This document shows positions 35,879-49,419 of a stretch of 64,000 nt of DNA, one piece after another. The position numbers and the translations under genes were made by a program. Positions within the stretch are counted from its first letter, which is position 1. Each line of letters opens with the position of its first letter. The DNA comes from Octopus sinensis. Lineage: Eukaryota. Where the stretch lies: NCBI RefSeq assembly GCF_006345805.1, contig NW_021836293.1, positions 1-64,000 on the forward strand, given 5' to 3'. The notes beneath the pieces were generated by a model, which was not told the DNA's origin, searched no databases, and saw only the letters and a program-made list of their open reading frames with translations.

Positions 35879-38660
35879 CATTCCAGTGTCTTCTGTCATT
35901 GTGTGGGCAGAAGCATTATTTCCTGCTCAAAGAATTTCCTGTCTTTACTAATAATAGACTCTTCCAGGTGAATTTTTACTTAATTTTCAGAGTTGAAAGA
36001 CTGTCCATCCAATGAATTTTGAAGAAATTAAAACATGTAAAAATCTGAAGGCACAAGTTCAGCTAAATATGGAGGATGTAGAAAATCTTTCCAGCCAAGC
36101 CCCAGTAATTTCTGCCATGACTACAAAGAAGTGTACAGTCTGGCATTATTTTGATTAAAGACAATGGCCTAATGATGAGCATGTGTTGGATGCCTCTGGT
36201 TGATCACTGCATTTAATTTGTCTGAACTGTTGGCTCTGTCTGTGGGAAGAAGCTTGTAAAAGACAACACCCATCCAATCTCACTTAATTGAATGTATAAC
36301 CTTCTTCAGGTGAAGTCCTGCTTTGGAGGTTGTTTGTAGTGGTTTGGCTTATGTCCCCATGATTATTTGTGCTTCATATTGTATAGGCGGTCCATTTTGC
36401 ATCTCCTGTCACCAATCTCTTCAAAAAAGGGATCGTTTTATTCCGATTTCTACAAAGAATTGCAGATGGAAATCCATTGAGGATGATTAGCTTTATTCAA
36501 CTGATTTTGGGCCCAAATATCAAGCGTGCTGATGCTACCAAGATGTTACAAATTGTTTTCAACACTTGATTTGGATATTTGGGGAATATCTGTAATCATC
36601 TTGGTCATATAACAAGGGTTGGTTTCAATGAATTTTAGCTGGCCAGCCAGAGCAAGGTGCATCTTGAACCAAAAAAAAACCAATCAAAATATTGAAAACC
36701 ACTTCTGGCATACACATTCCATAGCTGCATCCTGTCTGTATAAAGTGCATATCTTCCTCCAGGTTTCTGCTGGTTTCTTGCCTTTTTTTAAGTAAAAAAT
36801 CATGAAGTGTTGATAAAGTTCATTTTGGTTCTCCATTTTCAACATGATCCAAAGTATACAAAGTACAACCTGTCTCATTGCAAGCTCATGCTGAACTATG
36901 TTGAAGTGTCAGTCAACAAGTGTGCCTACACAAAGCACAAATAGAAATTAGCTTCTTATTAGAGAGCTTGAAGTTTAATGCTGACAAAAACAAATGACTT
37001 TATAGCCAACCCATTTGGTATGGTGAAGTAGAGGATATAAATAAACGTGTGTATGTGCATCATTATCATCATCATTTAATGTTCAGTTTTCCATGCCCAG
37101 AAGAATTTGCTGAGGCAGATTTTCTGCCGACAGATTCCTTTCTTATCGCTAACCCTCACCTGTTTCCAAGTAAAGTGATATTTCCTCACAGACAGACTTG
37201 TTTTTTTTATGGAAGACTGGAAATTGACAACCTCACTTGTATAGTATATTATCATATATTTAAAATATTTTTTCCAGTTCTATGATTCAGATCCTTATAG
37301 AAAGAAGCACATATACAACAATTGAGCTATGCATTTTGAATCTTAAAGGAAGACTTCAAAATGCTTTACTTCCATATTTTATCAAGTTATCTGAAAGTTT
37401 AACTGGGGTTTCCCTCTCTCTCTCAATATATATATATATATATATGTCTATCTATCTATGTATCAATCTATTATCTATCTCCCTATCTCTCTCCTTCTCT
37501 CTCTCCCCCTCTCTCTTTCGCTCTCTCTCCTTCTCTCTCCATTTGGTGTTAATATCACTCTTTGTAATACCATCAGTACTTATCTGATTATATATCTAAG
37601 TAACATTATTTACAACATCAATCATTTTACTATCTATATGGTGCTGTGGTAAGTTCCTGGAATCAAAAACTGACAAATCTTATCAAACTTGTCACTTATT
37701 TCTTTATCTTTTTTTCCTTTGTTTTTCTTTTCATTTGCATGTTTGTTTGTAACTTTACATGGTTTTCTTCTCATAGTACTCTGTATCAGTTTATTCTATT
37801 TTACTCATTTTCATCCCTAATCAATAGAAAAAAAAAATGTCACCAAGACAATGAAGAAACTCTAGATGACAGAAAATGGAATCTAATCATTCTTCTGAAT
37901 GAATCTGTTGTTTCACATTGAGAGAAATTTATAGTCAAAGTATCAGTGTCGCTTTTCACTTTGTATTAACTTCAATTCAAAGAAGAAATGTTTCTACTTT
38001 GTAACTTAAGAACCTCAAATATTATATACATTTATATTTCCGTTCTCCTTATTTCATTCTGATAGTTTACCAAATGAAAGAAAGTCTCCTCACTCTTAAG
38101 ATTTCAGAAAAGAAATACTATAATAGGTGTGTTAGAAAAATTGCTAATAAAAGCATAAAAGAAAAGTAGAACAGCTGAAAATAAAAGAAAAAAGTTTTAA
38201 ATAAAAATTATAGGAAAAAAACATGACAGTCTTTACTAATGGGGTTTTTAGAAAGGTTTCCCAAATAGGATTTTCTAATTTAAAGAATGTTTGCATTATT
38301 CTAACTTACATAATTAGTTTTATTCTAATAAAATTATTCACTTATAAAACTTATACAGACATGTTATTTTCACAGACTTTTATATTAATCTTAGATTTAC
38401 ATCTAAATGTATCAATGAAATATTTTAGCTTACATACATACATATATATATATGTGTGCATGTGCATGTGTGCGCATGTATGTATATATGTGTGTGTGTG
38501 TGTGTGTATGTGTTGAATATAGATAGATAGGTGTAGATATATCTGTAAGAACATCTTTCTTTGTCTTTATAGCCATCTTCCCTTCCATCTATCACTCTCT
38601 CTCTTTCTCTCTTTCTCTTCCATCTCTCTTTCTCTCACTCTCTTTCTCTCTTTCTCTCAC

Positions 38661-38701
<41 letters not shown>

Positions 38702-39945
38702 TTCTCTCAGTTATCTATCTTTTCCTCTATCTAACCATCTACAATCTATTTATATCTATCTTTTGATGACGACGATCACGACGACGATGATGATGATGAT
38801 ATGTGGGTAGGATGGGTTGTATGCATCTGTGTATGCACTTTCCCATTCTAACATTGCTGTCACTGTTGTTTTCTATCAATCTTACTCTCTAGCTCAATAT
38901 CTATCTCTATATGTATAACTACATACACACACCATTACACATACACATAATCACACACCATGCTAACTATCAGAGCAGTTGTCATATCATATTCCAGGTC
39001 CAGCCATTAAACTCTACTTGTACTGCCATCTCCAACAATGTTATACTGTCAATACTCAAAATTTCATTGATTTACTGCAAAGCCTGGTTCTTGGTGCTTT
39101 CCATATATACAGACATTTAAACAAATATGTGTGTGTGTATTTATATATATATATATATGTATATATACATACTCACACACACACACATATATATATAGAC
39201 ATATATACATGTATATCTATCTATCTATCTATAATCTATCTATCTATCTATCTATCTATCTATACATATATACATATACATATATGTATGCATATATATA
39301 TATAAGCATACGAATATGTATAGATACAACACACAGACACATATACACTCATGCATACATACATGCACACACAAGTATATATGCATGTGTATGTGTGCGT
39401 ATGTTCACTCTGTTGATTGGTTGGAGAATAAACGGGAATGATGTTAGAGTCAGAAGGACCTTTTTGTCTTGTTAAGAACATGACAACCTCCTGAGTGCTA
39501 GTCATACAATAAAATGCACCTTGAATGCCCTGTGGAACAGCTGATGATAGAAAAAGCATCAGGACATAGAAATGAAGCCAAAAGTGGAAACATGCAAGAA
39601 AAATGCTTGTAACACATCTATGAGGACAGTAACTGTGAATATGTACAGACTCAGGCTGTAGTGAACCATTCCATGCCAGCATAGAAAGCAGATATAAAAT
39701 GAGCAGGAGGAGGACAAAGAGACTGATATCAATGGTGATAAGGATGATGACAATGCTGCAGATGCCACTAATACCAACTTCATCACTGTCACTATTGAAG
39801 ATGAGAAAGAACAATGTAGACTGGCACACAATAGATCTTCCAAGTCAGCAGAAAAAAAGCAAGACATGTTTCAGTATTATTAGATTAGACCTCTTCAGTT
39901 AAATTCAGTTGGCAAAACTGCAAGTGATTTATATTAGGCACAGGT

Positions 39946-40288
39946 GTGGCTGTGTGGTAAGACGCTTGCTCCACAACCACATGGTTTTGTGTTCAATTCC
40001 ACTCTGTAGCATCTTGGGAGAGTGTCTTCCACTGTAACCTTTGGCTGAGCAAAGCTTTGTGAGTGAATTTGGTAGATGGAAACTAAAGGATACCTGTCTT
40101 GTATATATATATATTTGTGTGTGTGTCTTTGTATCTGTGTTTCTCCCTCACCACGACATGACAACAAATGAGACCAATAGAATAAGGCTTAAAGAAAATA
40201 CGTCTTGTAGTTGATTTGTTCGACAAAAAACCCTCCAAGTTGGTAGCCCAGGATAGCCACAGTCAAATGACTGAAACAAGTAAAAGAT
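39946..40288 (+). mobile_element. SINE family A
   Basis: AGGCACAGGTGTGGCTGTGTGGTAAG head; CAGTCAAATGACTGAAACAAG tail. Confidence 0.85.
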
Positions 40289-40319
40289 AATATATATATA
40301 TAGATATATAGATAGATAG

Positions 40320-40353
<34 letters not shown>

Positions 40354-40920
40354 GTAATGTAGTGAAACTGTTTATGGGTACCAACACTATGACTAAGGGA
40401 AATACCTCAGGGCAACATTCTCCATAAAAACTGCAAAATATCATAGGACTTCACATATATAAAACAGTGAATTGGAAAACTTTGATCAGCTGAAAGTCCA
40501 AGCACTTAGCACTCAAAACCTTAGTGATCAATATCTATAGAAATAACGATACCCCCTATTTCCATTTGTATTGATTAGCTTTAAATCTGCCTGGACATTA
40601 CTTGTTTTTCAAATCTTACAAATAGCTATTTACTTGTTTCTCTCTCTAACTTATCTCATTCCATTTTCATTATTTCTTTGTTTCCTCTCTGCTTCTGTCC
40701 AACCATTCCCCATCCAAAAGAATTTTCAAAAAACTTCCAACAGCTTATTTTTACAAATATTATTGGAAGTGGCTGAAATCTGTGTGAAATTTCTTTTATG
40801 TAATATGTCCGCATCTACACACACACATTCATATGTATGTATTTATATGTGTGTGTGTGTGTGTGTGAATGTGTATATTTCTATATGTATTTATACATAC
40901 ATAAATATAAATATATATAT

Positions 40921-41553
40921 ACTGGGTACGATGCATAAACTGTCGCCATTTTATATTTTTAATTTCCTGCATGCGCATTACTTGCTTTTGATTTTGTCTA
41001 CTACACAGTATAGTAGGGTCAGTTGGGCACCATCTGTGAAAAAAACAACACCATGATGCAATTCACTCTGCCAGAAATCTGGAAACAACACACTGTGCTG
41101 ATTGGCATCTGCACCAGAAGCTCCAATACAAACATTTCAGAGTGTTTGGGTGTCAATCTGAGGACATGTACCGAGAGTGATAAAAATCAAACATCCAGTC
41201 AGCAACATGGTATTTGGAGAGATCACTAGTGATGGTGACGTTATGCTCCATTCATCTTCCCACACAGCCTCAGACTCAACATGGAGATCTACATCAAGTG
41301 CCTGGAGAAGGTAGTGCTGCCCTGGGTCAAGAGGGTGGCTGCTGGAAGACCCTATATCTGGCTACAGGACTCAGCACTATGCCATACAAGCAGGAGAACC
41401 CAGACATGGCTGTCAGACAATTTCTGTGACCACATCACCCCTAACATCTGACCACCTAACTCATCACACTGCAATCCCCTTGATTATTATGTGTGGGATG
41501 CAGTTGAGTGAGACCATCAAAACTCCTGTTAACACCAAAGATGAACTAAAGAG
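40921..41553 (+). mobile_element. Internally deleted maT (DD37D Tc1/mariner) element, copy 1
   Basis: QDSALCHTSRRTQTWLSDNFCDHITPNI*PPNSSHCNPLDYYVW: 37 residues between second and third D; abuts a TA run. Confidence 0.88.
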
Positions 41554-41555
41554 TA

Positions 41556-42319
41556 AATTTGTTCAATAAAATTGACATTGGCTTCAACCACAGCCTCCAG
41601 ACGACTTCGGAATCTCCAGCAACTATTCTGGACACTCTCCTTGTTTAAGTTGGTGAATGCTGCCATAATCCTTGCCTTCAGTTCATTTTTGGTGTTACAA
41701 GGATTTTTGTTGGTCTCTCACTTATCTGTGCCCCATGCATAATATTCAAGAGAGTTGCAGTGTTGCTGCATTAGATGGCCAGTTGTTGGGAGTGATGTGG
41801 TCGCAGAAATTGTCTGACAGCCATGACTGGGTTCTCCTGCTTGTGTGGCATGGTGCAGAGTCCTGTTGCCAGGCATAGGGTCTTCCAGCAGCCATCCTCT
41901 TGACCCAGGTCAGCATTACCTCATCCAGGCACTTAATGCAGGCTTTTATGTTGAGTCTGAGGCTGAGTGGGAAGATGAATAGAGGCATAAAGTTGCCATC
42001 ACTAGTGATCATGCCAAACACCATGATGCTGACTGGATGTTTGATTTTTATCACTCTCAGTACATGTTTTGGGGACATGCAAGCCAATGGTAGTTCTGTG
42101 TGTTCACCATCTGTTCATATTGGAGCTACTGGCATGATTGCCAAGCAGTACAGCATATCATTTCCAAATTTCTGGCAGAGTGAATTGCATCATGGTGTTG
42201 TTTTTCTCACAGACAGTACTCAACTGACCCAACTATATTGTGTAGTCAATAAAATCAAAAACAATGCGCATGTGTGAAATTAAATTTATAAAATGGCGAC
42301 AATTTATCCATCAGACCAT

Positions 42320-42320
<1 letters not shown>
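41556..42320 (-). mobile_element. maT element, copy 2, inverted relative to copy 1
   Basis: ORF 41746-42087 KHPVSIMVFGMITSDG...WQQDSAPCHTSRRTQSWLSDNFCDHITPNNWP; 5' end mirrors 40921-41100. Confidence 0.88.
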
Positions 42321-42550
<230 letters not shown>

Positions 42551-42607
42551 TAACTTAGAATAACTTAGAAAGGTTTTTGGCCAGTATTGGCCCAGGCCAT
42601 GTCTAAC

Positions 42608-45600
42608 TTAATAGCACCACCTGGCGAAGTCTTTCAGTTCAGGATTTGGGCACCAAGGCCCATTCGAGCAGAGAGTTATTGTTTGCGGAGACATATCCGG
42701 GTGTGGGTGGTTTGTCCGGTACTGTTTGAAGGAATTTGTCCAAAGACTTCTTGAATTTTGTGTGGTCAGTTTCTTTTTGACGTGTCCTGGTGTAATGTTG
42801 AAGAGAGCGGGTCCAATTGAGGTGAAATAGTTGTGCCGTATTGTCGTTATGTGATGCGATTTAGATTTTTGTTGTGGACGGATGGCACGTGGTCCAAGCC
42901 TTGGATGCATTTTGAAGGTGATGCCAACATCATTCGGACAGTGCTGATGGAATATTTTCCACATCATACAGATAATGTAGCGTTCACGGCGTCGTTGGAG
43001 TGAATACAATTTCAGCTTCTCTAGTCTACCCCAGTAGTCAAGGTCTGACATGCCATCTATCTTTTTTGTGATTGACCTTTGGGGAGCTTCAATTCTCATA
43101 ATATTTTGTTTTGTGTAGGGAGACCACAGTGGACAGCAGTATTCAAGGTGGGGTCGGGCAAAAGTGGAGAAGAGAAGGATAATAGCGTGGGAATCTCTCA
43201 ACTGGAAGGTTCTGAGAATCCAGGAACACATTCTGCGGGCCATGTCAACTTTGCTGCTTATATGTGTAGCCCAGCTTATGTTGTTGTCCACTGTTACTCC
43301 CAGGTCTCTGATGTTGTTGGATGCCATGAGAATTTCTCCAGAAGGAAGAGAGTATGGGAGTTTCAGAGCGTCCTCCCTTCCAAAGTGGATCAGTTCGAAT
43401 TTGTCTTCATTTAGCAACATGTTGTTCTTTTCCGCCCATTGGACAACAGCCAGTAGGTCTGACTGAAGGTTTATTCGGTCATCCACGCCATTGATGACCT
43501 TCTGGAGCTTGGAATCATCAGCGAAGGTTCTGATGTTGCTGTGTTTGATGGTGTCAGTAATATCATTTATGTAGATGATGAAGAGAAGTGGGCCCAACAC
43601 AGTGCCTTGTGGGACACCACTGCTGACTTTGGCTGGGCTGGATTTGACTCCTTCGACTACAACATGTTGGGTTCTGTTAGAGAGGAAGCACTTGATCCAT
43701 TGTAGCAGCTTTCCAGTGACACCAATATTGGACAGCTTTCTCAGAAGGATCTTATGATCAACCCTGTCAAAGGCCTTGCTGAAATCAAGGTAGATGACAT
43801 CAGTGTTGGAACCCTCTCCCAAGGCTCTCAAAATGTCATCAAAATGATGCAGTAGCTGCGTCAGGCAATCTCTCCCATTACGGAATCCATGCTGGTTGGG
43901 GTTCAGCATATTATGACTCTCAAGGAAGTGAGTCATACGCGATCTCAGCACCCTCTCAAATACCTTGATGATATGAGAGGTGAGTGAGATTGGACGGTAA
44001 TTCACGGCAAGCGATTTGTTTCCTTTTTTGAAAACTGGGACAACAGACTGGGATAGAAGGTCTTCTGGTATATATCCAGCATCCAATGAGTTCCGCCACA
44101 GATTGGCTAGAGGGGGTGCAAGTTGGTTTTGACACATCTTCAAGACACAAGCAGGGAACCTATTGGGACCTACTGCTGAATTATGCTTCATTTCCTTTAT
44201 TGCTGCTAAGACATCAGGAGCGCCAAATGTTATGTCCGATAAAGTGTATTGGGGAGTAACATCACTGATACAGCCCAGATCAGTCATATCAGGATTGCTG
44301 AAAACAGAGCAATATTGTTTCTGCAATATTTCTCCCATGGTTTTGGCATTGTCTTGAAGAGTACCATTTTCATCAATCAGAGGGCCAACAGTAGAACCAG
44401 TGACTCTGTGTTTTTTTGCAAATGAAAAGAACACTTTGGGATTGAGTTTGATCTTCTCAATGGCCCAGGCCTCTTCAGCTCTTCGCTGACTATTGATGAT
44501 AGACATCATGTTGTTTTGGAGTTTATGTTTTTTAATCTCTAGCGACGAGATGGCAGTCAGGTTGGTGTGTTGCTGTTGACAGTATTTCAGCATGTTGATC
44601 TTTTTGTTGATTCTTTTAATTTTCCTTATGAGAGATTTTCTATTTCTAGGGATTCGACACTTAGATTTGTTTGCAGATCTTAATGGGGTGTGTCTTGCAC
44701 ATATGTTCGTGATGGTGTCTACAAGTGACTGCCAGGACTTTTTGATGTTAGTGGGTGTGTATGTGTGCGTGAAGGACCAATCGACTTGTGCAAGATCATT
44801 ATTGATCGCTTCCCAGTTTGCATTGTGGAAATCCATAGTGTCAAATGGATGAGCAGGAGGGATGACATTTGTTTTGCATTTTGGCCAGTGAAATCTCAGA
44901 TCACAGAGAACCATGTCATGGTCGGAGAGTAGGGTTTTCTCCACTGCAATATTGTGGATAGTATCAGTGTGATTGCTGAAAATTAAGTCTAAGACGTTTT
45001 TATGACATCTCGTTGGTTCGAGTACCAGTTGGGACAAGAAGAAGTCATCCATGAAGTCAAGAAGCGATTCCACTGCCTCCCTGTCAGGGGTTGAGAGAGA
45101 AGAACCTGGCGGCAGACTGTTTGTAGACCAGTCAACCCCGGGAAGGTTGAAATCTCCCATCATTAAAATGTTGTCAGGTTGACACTGCTGAATGAAACAC
45201 TTTATGCTGTTGAGGCATTCCTTGAAGCATGGTAGGGGCGTTTGGGGTGGTCTGTAGAGCCCAACTACTGTTAAGTTGTTGGTTTGACTGAATACAGCGA
45301 CTGCTTCGCAGTATCCATTCGAAAATATGTTCATGGCTTCTGTTGAGAATGAATCATGGACATAAATGGCAGTCCCACCCTTTCTTCTGCCAACACGATC
45401 AGCACGAATGGTTTTGAAATTTTTAACTTTCACCTCGGCTTCCAAGTGGAGGTCACTAAGATGGGTTTCAGTGAGGACGAAGAAAGGGATGTGGTTTGGA
45501 TGGGCCTCGACCCAGTCCTCCAGGAATCTTATCTTCCATTTTTGTGTATTGGTGGAAGGGCTGATGCCTTGGGCATTAAGCAGAAATGTTGAGGCGAGAG

Positions 45601-45655
45601 TGGATGGTTTTAATTGTTTTGGTGATTTGTTTATTTGATTGCTTTTTAATGGCAT
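42608..45655 (-). CDS. LINE ORF2: APE endonuclease plus reverse transcriptase (probable 1-bp frameshift near 42776; native stop likely 42639-42641)
   Basis: APE: LLNAQG, LTETHL, GLYRPP, MGDFNLP, LDLIF, SDH. RT: [60 protein letters not shown]. Confidence 0.95.
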   Translation of the reverse strand: MPLKSNQINKSPKQLKPSTLASTFLLNAQGISPSTNTQKWKIRFLEDWVEAHPNHIPFFVLTETHLSDLHLEAEVKVKNFKTIRADRVGRRKGGTAIYVHDSFSTEAMNIFSNGYCEAVAVFSQTNNLTVVGLYRPPQTPLPCFKECLNSIKCFIQQCQPDNILMMGDFNLPGVDWSTNSLPPGSSLSTPDREAVESLLDFMDDFFLSQLVLEPTRCHKNVLDLIFSNHTDTIHNIAVEKTLLSDHDMVLCDLRFHWPKCKTNVIPPAHPFDTMDFHNANWEAINNDLAQVDWSFTHTYTPTNIKKSWQSLVDTITNICARHTPLRSANKSKCRIPRNRKSLIRKIKRINKKINMLKYCQQQHTNLTAISSLEIKKHKLQNNMMSIINSQRRAEEAWAIEKIKLNPKVFFSFAKKHRVTGSTVGPLIDENGTLQDNAKTMGEILQKQYCSVFSNPDMTDLGCISDVTPQYTLSDITFGAPDVLAAIKEMKHNSAVGPNRFPACVLKMCQNQLAPPLANLWRNSLDAGYIPEDLLSQSVVPVFKKGNKSLAVNYRPISLTSHIIKVFERVLRSRMTHFLESHNMLNPNQHGFRNGRDCLTQLLHHFDDILRALGEGSNTDVIYLDFSKAFDRVDHKILLRKLSNIGVTGKLLQWIKCFLSNRTQHVVVEGVKSSPAKVSSGVPQGTVLGPLLFIIYINDITDTIKHSNIRTFADDSKLQKVINGVDDRINLQSDLLAVVQWAEKNNMLLNEDKFELIHFGREDALKLPYSLPSGEILMASNNIRDLGVTVDNNISWATHISSKVDMARRMCSWILRTFQLRDSHAIILLFSTFARPHLEYCCPLWSPYTKQNIMRIEAPQRSITKKIDGMSDLDYWGRLEKLKLYSLQRRRERYIICMMWKIFHQHCPNDVGITFKMHPRLGPRAIRPQQKSKSHHITTIRHNYFTSIGPALFNITPGHVKKKLTTQNSRSLWTNSFKQYRTNHPHPDMSPQTITLCSNGPWCPNPELKDFARWCY

Positions 45656-46059
45656 GTGTAGTGGGGTAATAGTGGTGGATGGCGGTGGGTGATAGCTCGG
45701 ATGTTTTTTTCCAGTTCTTTTGCTAGATTCATTATAGCTAAAAAAGAGGAAGAAGAGGTGGTTTCCTGTCTAGGGAACCGCAGGTGACTGTGGCCGCGGC
45801 TATTTTTATGTGAGTGATTATCTTTAAATGTCCGACGAGTCCCCGGGAGATGGGTAAAGGGGCAATCCCTGTGCAAGCACAATCTGTCTCGCTGGGAATA
45901 GCGGCAGATTTGGGGATTCCTTGTTTGAGATATTGGTGGTTGTGGTGATGTTGTATTATGGTGGTTGCTGTTGTAGTTTGTGGGGATAGAGCGTTTTGTT
46001 CCAGGTAAATGGGTGAATTTGCAGTCTCTATCAGTGCACAGTCTATGGCGAAGAGAATA
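45646..46059 (-). CDS. LINE ORF1 C-terminal part with tandem CCCH zinc fingers (5' truncated)
   Basis: [21 protein letters not shown] and [23 protein letters not shown] (C-x8-C-x4-C-x3-H); overlaps the ORF2 start by 10 nt. Confidence 0.8.
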   Translation of the reverse strand, partial: YSLRHRLCTDRDCKFTHLPGTKRSIPTNYNSNHHNTTSPQPPISQTRNPQICRYSQRDRLCLHRDCPFTHLPGTRRTFKDNHSHKNSRGHSHLRFPRQETTSSSSFLAIMNLAKELEKNIRAITHRHPPLLPHYTCH

Positions 46060-46065
46060 TGTATG

Positions 46066-46101
<36 letters not shown>

Positions 46102-46135
46102 TGTATATATATATATGTATGTATGTATGTATGTA

Positions 46136-46171
<36 letters not shown>

Positions 46172-46201
46172 TATATATATGTATGTATGTATGTATATAT
46201 A

Positions 46202-46234
<33 letters not shown>

Positions 46235-46283
46235 ATATATATGTATGTATGTATGTATATATATATGTATGTATGTATGTATA

Positions 46284-46316
<33 letters not shown>

Positions 46317-46453
46317 ATATGTATGTATGTATATATATATGTATATGTATGTATGTATGTATATATATATGTATATATATATATATGTATGTATATATAT
46401 ATATATGTATGTATATATATATATGTATGTATGTATGTATATATATATGTATG

Positions 46454-46484
<31 letters not shown>

Positions 46485-46573
46485 GTTTGTGTATGTATAT
46501 GTATGTATGTATGTATGTATGTATGCTTGTATATATATATGTATGTATGTTTGTATATATATATGTATGTATG

Positions 46574-46606
<33 letters not shown>

Positions 46607-46765
46607 GTTTGTATATATATGTATGTATGTATGTATGTTTGTATATATATATATATATGTATATATATATGTATATATATGTATATATATATATGTATAT
46701 ATATGTATATATATGTATATGTATATAGATATATGTATATATATATATATGTATATATATGTATA
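46060..46765. repeat. ~700-bp (TATG)/(TA) microsatellite
   Basis: Directly visible. Confidence 0.95.
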
Positions 46766-47387
46766 TATCCGACTCGGGGCCGTGGCACGTAAAATACTCC
46801 AATGCGACCGTACGACAGGCACCCATGCCAACCCCCTTTGCTTGTGAAGACATGTTGGGGCAAGCGAAATCGAAATCGAATTGAACCAGCCAGGATCCCT
46901 GGTCTGGTGGTACGTAAAAAGCACTATCCGACTCGTGGCCGTGGCACGTAAAATACTCCAATGCGACCGTACGACAGGCACCCTTGCCAACCCCCTTTGC
47001 TTGTGAAGACATGTTGGGGCAAGCGAAATCGAAATCGAATTGAACCAGCCAGGATCCCTGGTCTGGTGGTACGTAAAAAGCACTATCCGACTCGTGGCCG
47101 ATGCCAGCACCGCCTCGACTGGCTTCCGTGCCGGTGGCACATAAAATACACCAATCTGACCGTGGCCGTTGCCAGCCCCGCCTGGCACCTGTGCAGGTGG
47201 CACGTAAAAAGCACCCACTACACTCACGGAGTGGTTGGCGTTAGGAAGGGCATCCAGCTGTAGAAACATTGCCAAATTAGACTGGAGCCTGGTGCAGCCT
47301 TCTGGCTTCCCAGAACCCCGGTCGAACCGTCCAACCCATGCTAGCATGGAGAACGGACGTTAAACGACGATGATGATGATGATGATG
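46766..47387 (+). mobile_element. Young RTE-family 3' fragment with 159-bp tandem duplication
   Basis: Units start at 46766, 46925 and 47084 (partial); GGTTGGCGTTAGGAAGGGCATCCAGC; (GAT)n tail. Confidence 0.88.
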
Positions 47388-47390
47388 ATA

Positions 47391-47439
<49 letters not shown>

Positions 47440-47481
47440 GATTATATTTAAAATATATGTAATAATACATATATAAAATTA

Positions 47482-47529
<48 letters not shown>

Positions 47530-47552
47530 ATGTATGTACACATACACACACA

Positions 47553-47590
<38 letters not shown>

Positions 47591-49090
47591 TAACTTTAAT
47601 TTCTAACTGTGGAGCATTGCACCTGTGGTATTTACACCAACGTGGGTTGGTACACTTGAATGCCAAGTATAAAATATATATTTCTCAAGTTTAAATTATT
47701 TAAGCTAGCACTGAGTGCTTTGCTTGGGATATCAGTATTCACTTCTCATAACATACAAACTATGCTAAATTTATGTATTTTATTGAATAAATTTTAGCAA
47801 CACAGCTTACTGCTAGTTATCTCAAAATATCTCTGTAGTTTTGTAATCTAAATATATTAATACATATATTTTACATATAATCAAAAAAGTCATTAAAATG
47901 TTAATTAAAGAATTACTTAAAATATATATCTAGAGTATCATATTTATTTTTGCTGAGAAAGCTTGGAAGTGTCTTCAAAGATATGCCAATTCTCAGTTTG
48001 TTCAAAATATCTGTATAACTCAGTCTAAAAAGAAAGTGGCTAGTGACCATGTTGCCATTTAAAACCATTTCTATAGATATAGAGAGTAGGTTAATTGGTG
48101 CTCTATCATTGCAAATATCCATATTTTAATCAATTCATGTTTGTTAATTATCATTCCTTATTATTCAATAATTCTGTTTAATAAAAAGAAACAATAACAA
48201 GTTTGTCTTTCATGTTACATGTTAATGCTACATGAGAAATTTACAGAGTGGAAGAAGTGGTTAATTTTGTTGCATCTGTTGTTGTTTAGCTCTGTGTCAT
48301 TTTCATTGAGCAGACTCTGATCAAGGACACTTCAGCCATGGCCATTCTCAGGTTTTAAGAATTTAGGAGACTACATTAACCAATATGTGCTTCCTTTGTT
48401 GAGATTAACAATACATGTGTTCACAATGTATATGTATCAATATATATATATATATATATAATACATTAAATGTGAGCTTGAATCTTGCTTTCTAGCTTGC
48501 TGGCAATGTTACCCAGTCAAACTGGCGCATAATGGAAAAATACTATGAATTAAATTGCCCCTGAAATATGAATGTGAACGGAATAATACAAGTTTCATGT
48601 AAATCAAACAAGAGGTTGTTAAGATATTACGGGTTTTCATGTATAAATACTCAAAACAGTGCATAATAGGAAAATATTCCGAAAATAAACTTCCCTGAAA
48701 CGGAAGAAACTCTTATCTTTCAATTGGATACAGTGATTTGACAGCAAAAAAAATACAAATTGTTTCTATTTTCACTTTTGTTAAATACAATATTTTAATC
48801 ATTTTGAAATATCTTTAAGTGAATGTGATTTCAAAAATGTAAGTTGTTTGTACAGTAAGTATTTATATTTTAGCTTTCTTTAAACAGACAATATTTTAAT
48901 GTTTTCTTGAATTATTTTCAAGTAAATACCATTACAAAAATTTGTTTTTGGCATATTTTAAAGATATTTTTAAATGAAAATGACTTTAAAAGTACAGTAA
49001 ATATTTCATAAAAGACCCATTCATAACCTCGGTGTGAAATAACTTTTTTCTATAGATTTTTTTGGAGTGCATTCAATTTATCTCACCTCC

Positions 49091-49209
49091 AAAGATTTCG
49101 CTGCTAATTCTAGCACGCCCTGCTACCACGTAACAGCTATTTGCAATAAAGGACTTGAAATACCTGTTACGTGGTAGCAAGGCATGCAAGAAATAGCAGC
49201 CAAATCTTT
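49091..49209. repeat. ~120-bp hairpin with ~55-bp arms
   Basis: TGCTACCACGTAACAG pairs perfectly with CTGTTACGTGGTAGCA; outer arms imperfect. Confidence 0.88.
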
Positions 49210-49360
49210 CCTTTTCTGGGGAAAGTAACCGTTTATGCATGGTTTTGATGTCACATTTGTTGAAATCATACGAAATAACATGGAAAAGAAAACCTCATGA
49301 AACAAAACTCCGTTGCTGGGAAACTCAGACTTTCCCAGTGACCCAACAGGTCACAAATAG

Positions 49361-49403
<43 letters not shown>

Positions 49404-49419
49404 CTAGATGTACAATGTC

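Larger units (their letters stand above)
33855..37014 (-). mobile_element. Mariner transposon, both TIRs present, interrupted by an RTE LINE
   Basis: TIRs TA|TTGGGTTGCC (33855) and GCCAACCCAT (37005-37014); N-terminus MENQNELYQHFMIFYLKKGKKPAETWRKICTLY..CVCQKWF; VTGDAKW motif. Confidence 0.8.
42551..46059 (-). mobile_element. Young CR1-group (Jockey superfamily) LINE, truncated within ORF1
   Basis: Overlapping ORF1/ORF2, short 3' UTR with GGCCA-ATAC-TGGCC hairpin and terminal TTCTAAGTTA x2. Confidence 0.93.

Noticed and set aside
43079-45638. Several plus-strand ORFs opposite ORF2
   Set aside because: Antisense shadows of the LINE coding frame
45738-47347. ORFs of 239-434 aa rich in Y/I/H/T or M/Y/V/C
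   Set aside because: Translations of stop-free (TA)/(TATG) microsatellite; only the 45646-46059 part of one frame is real LINE ORF1
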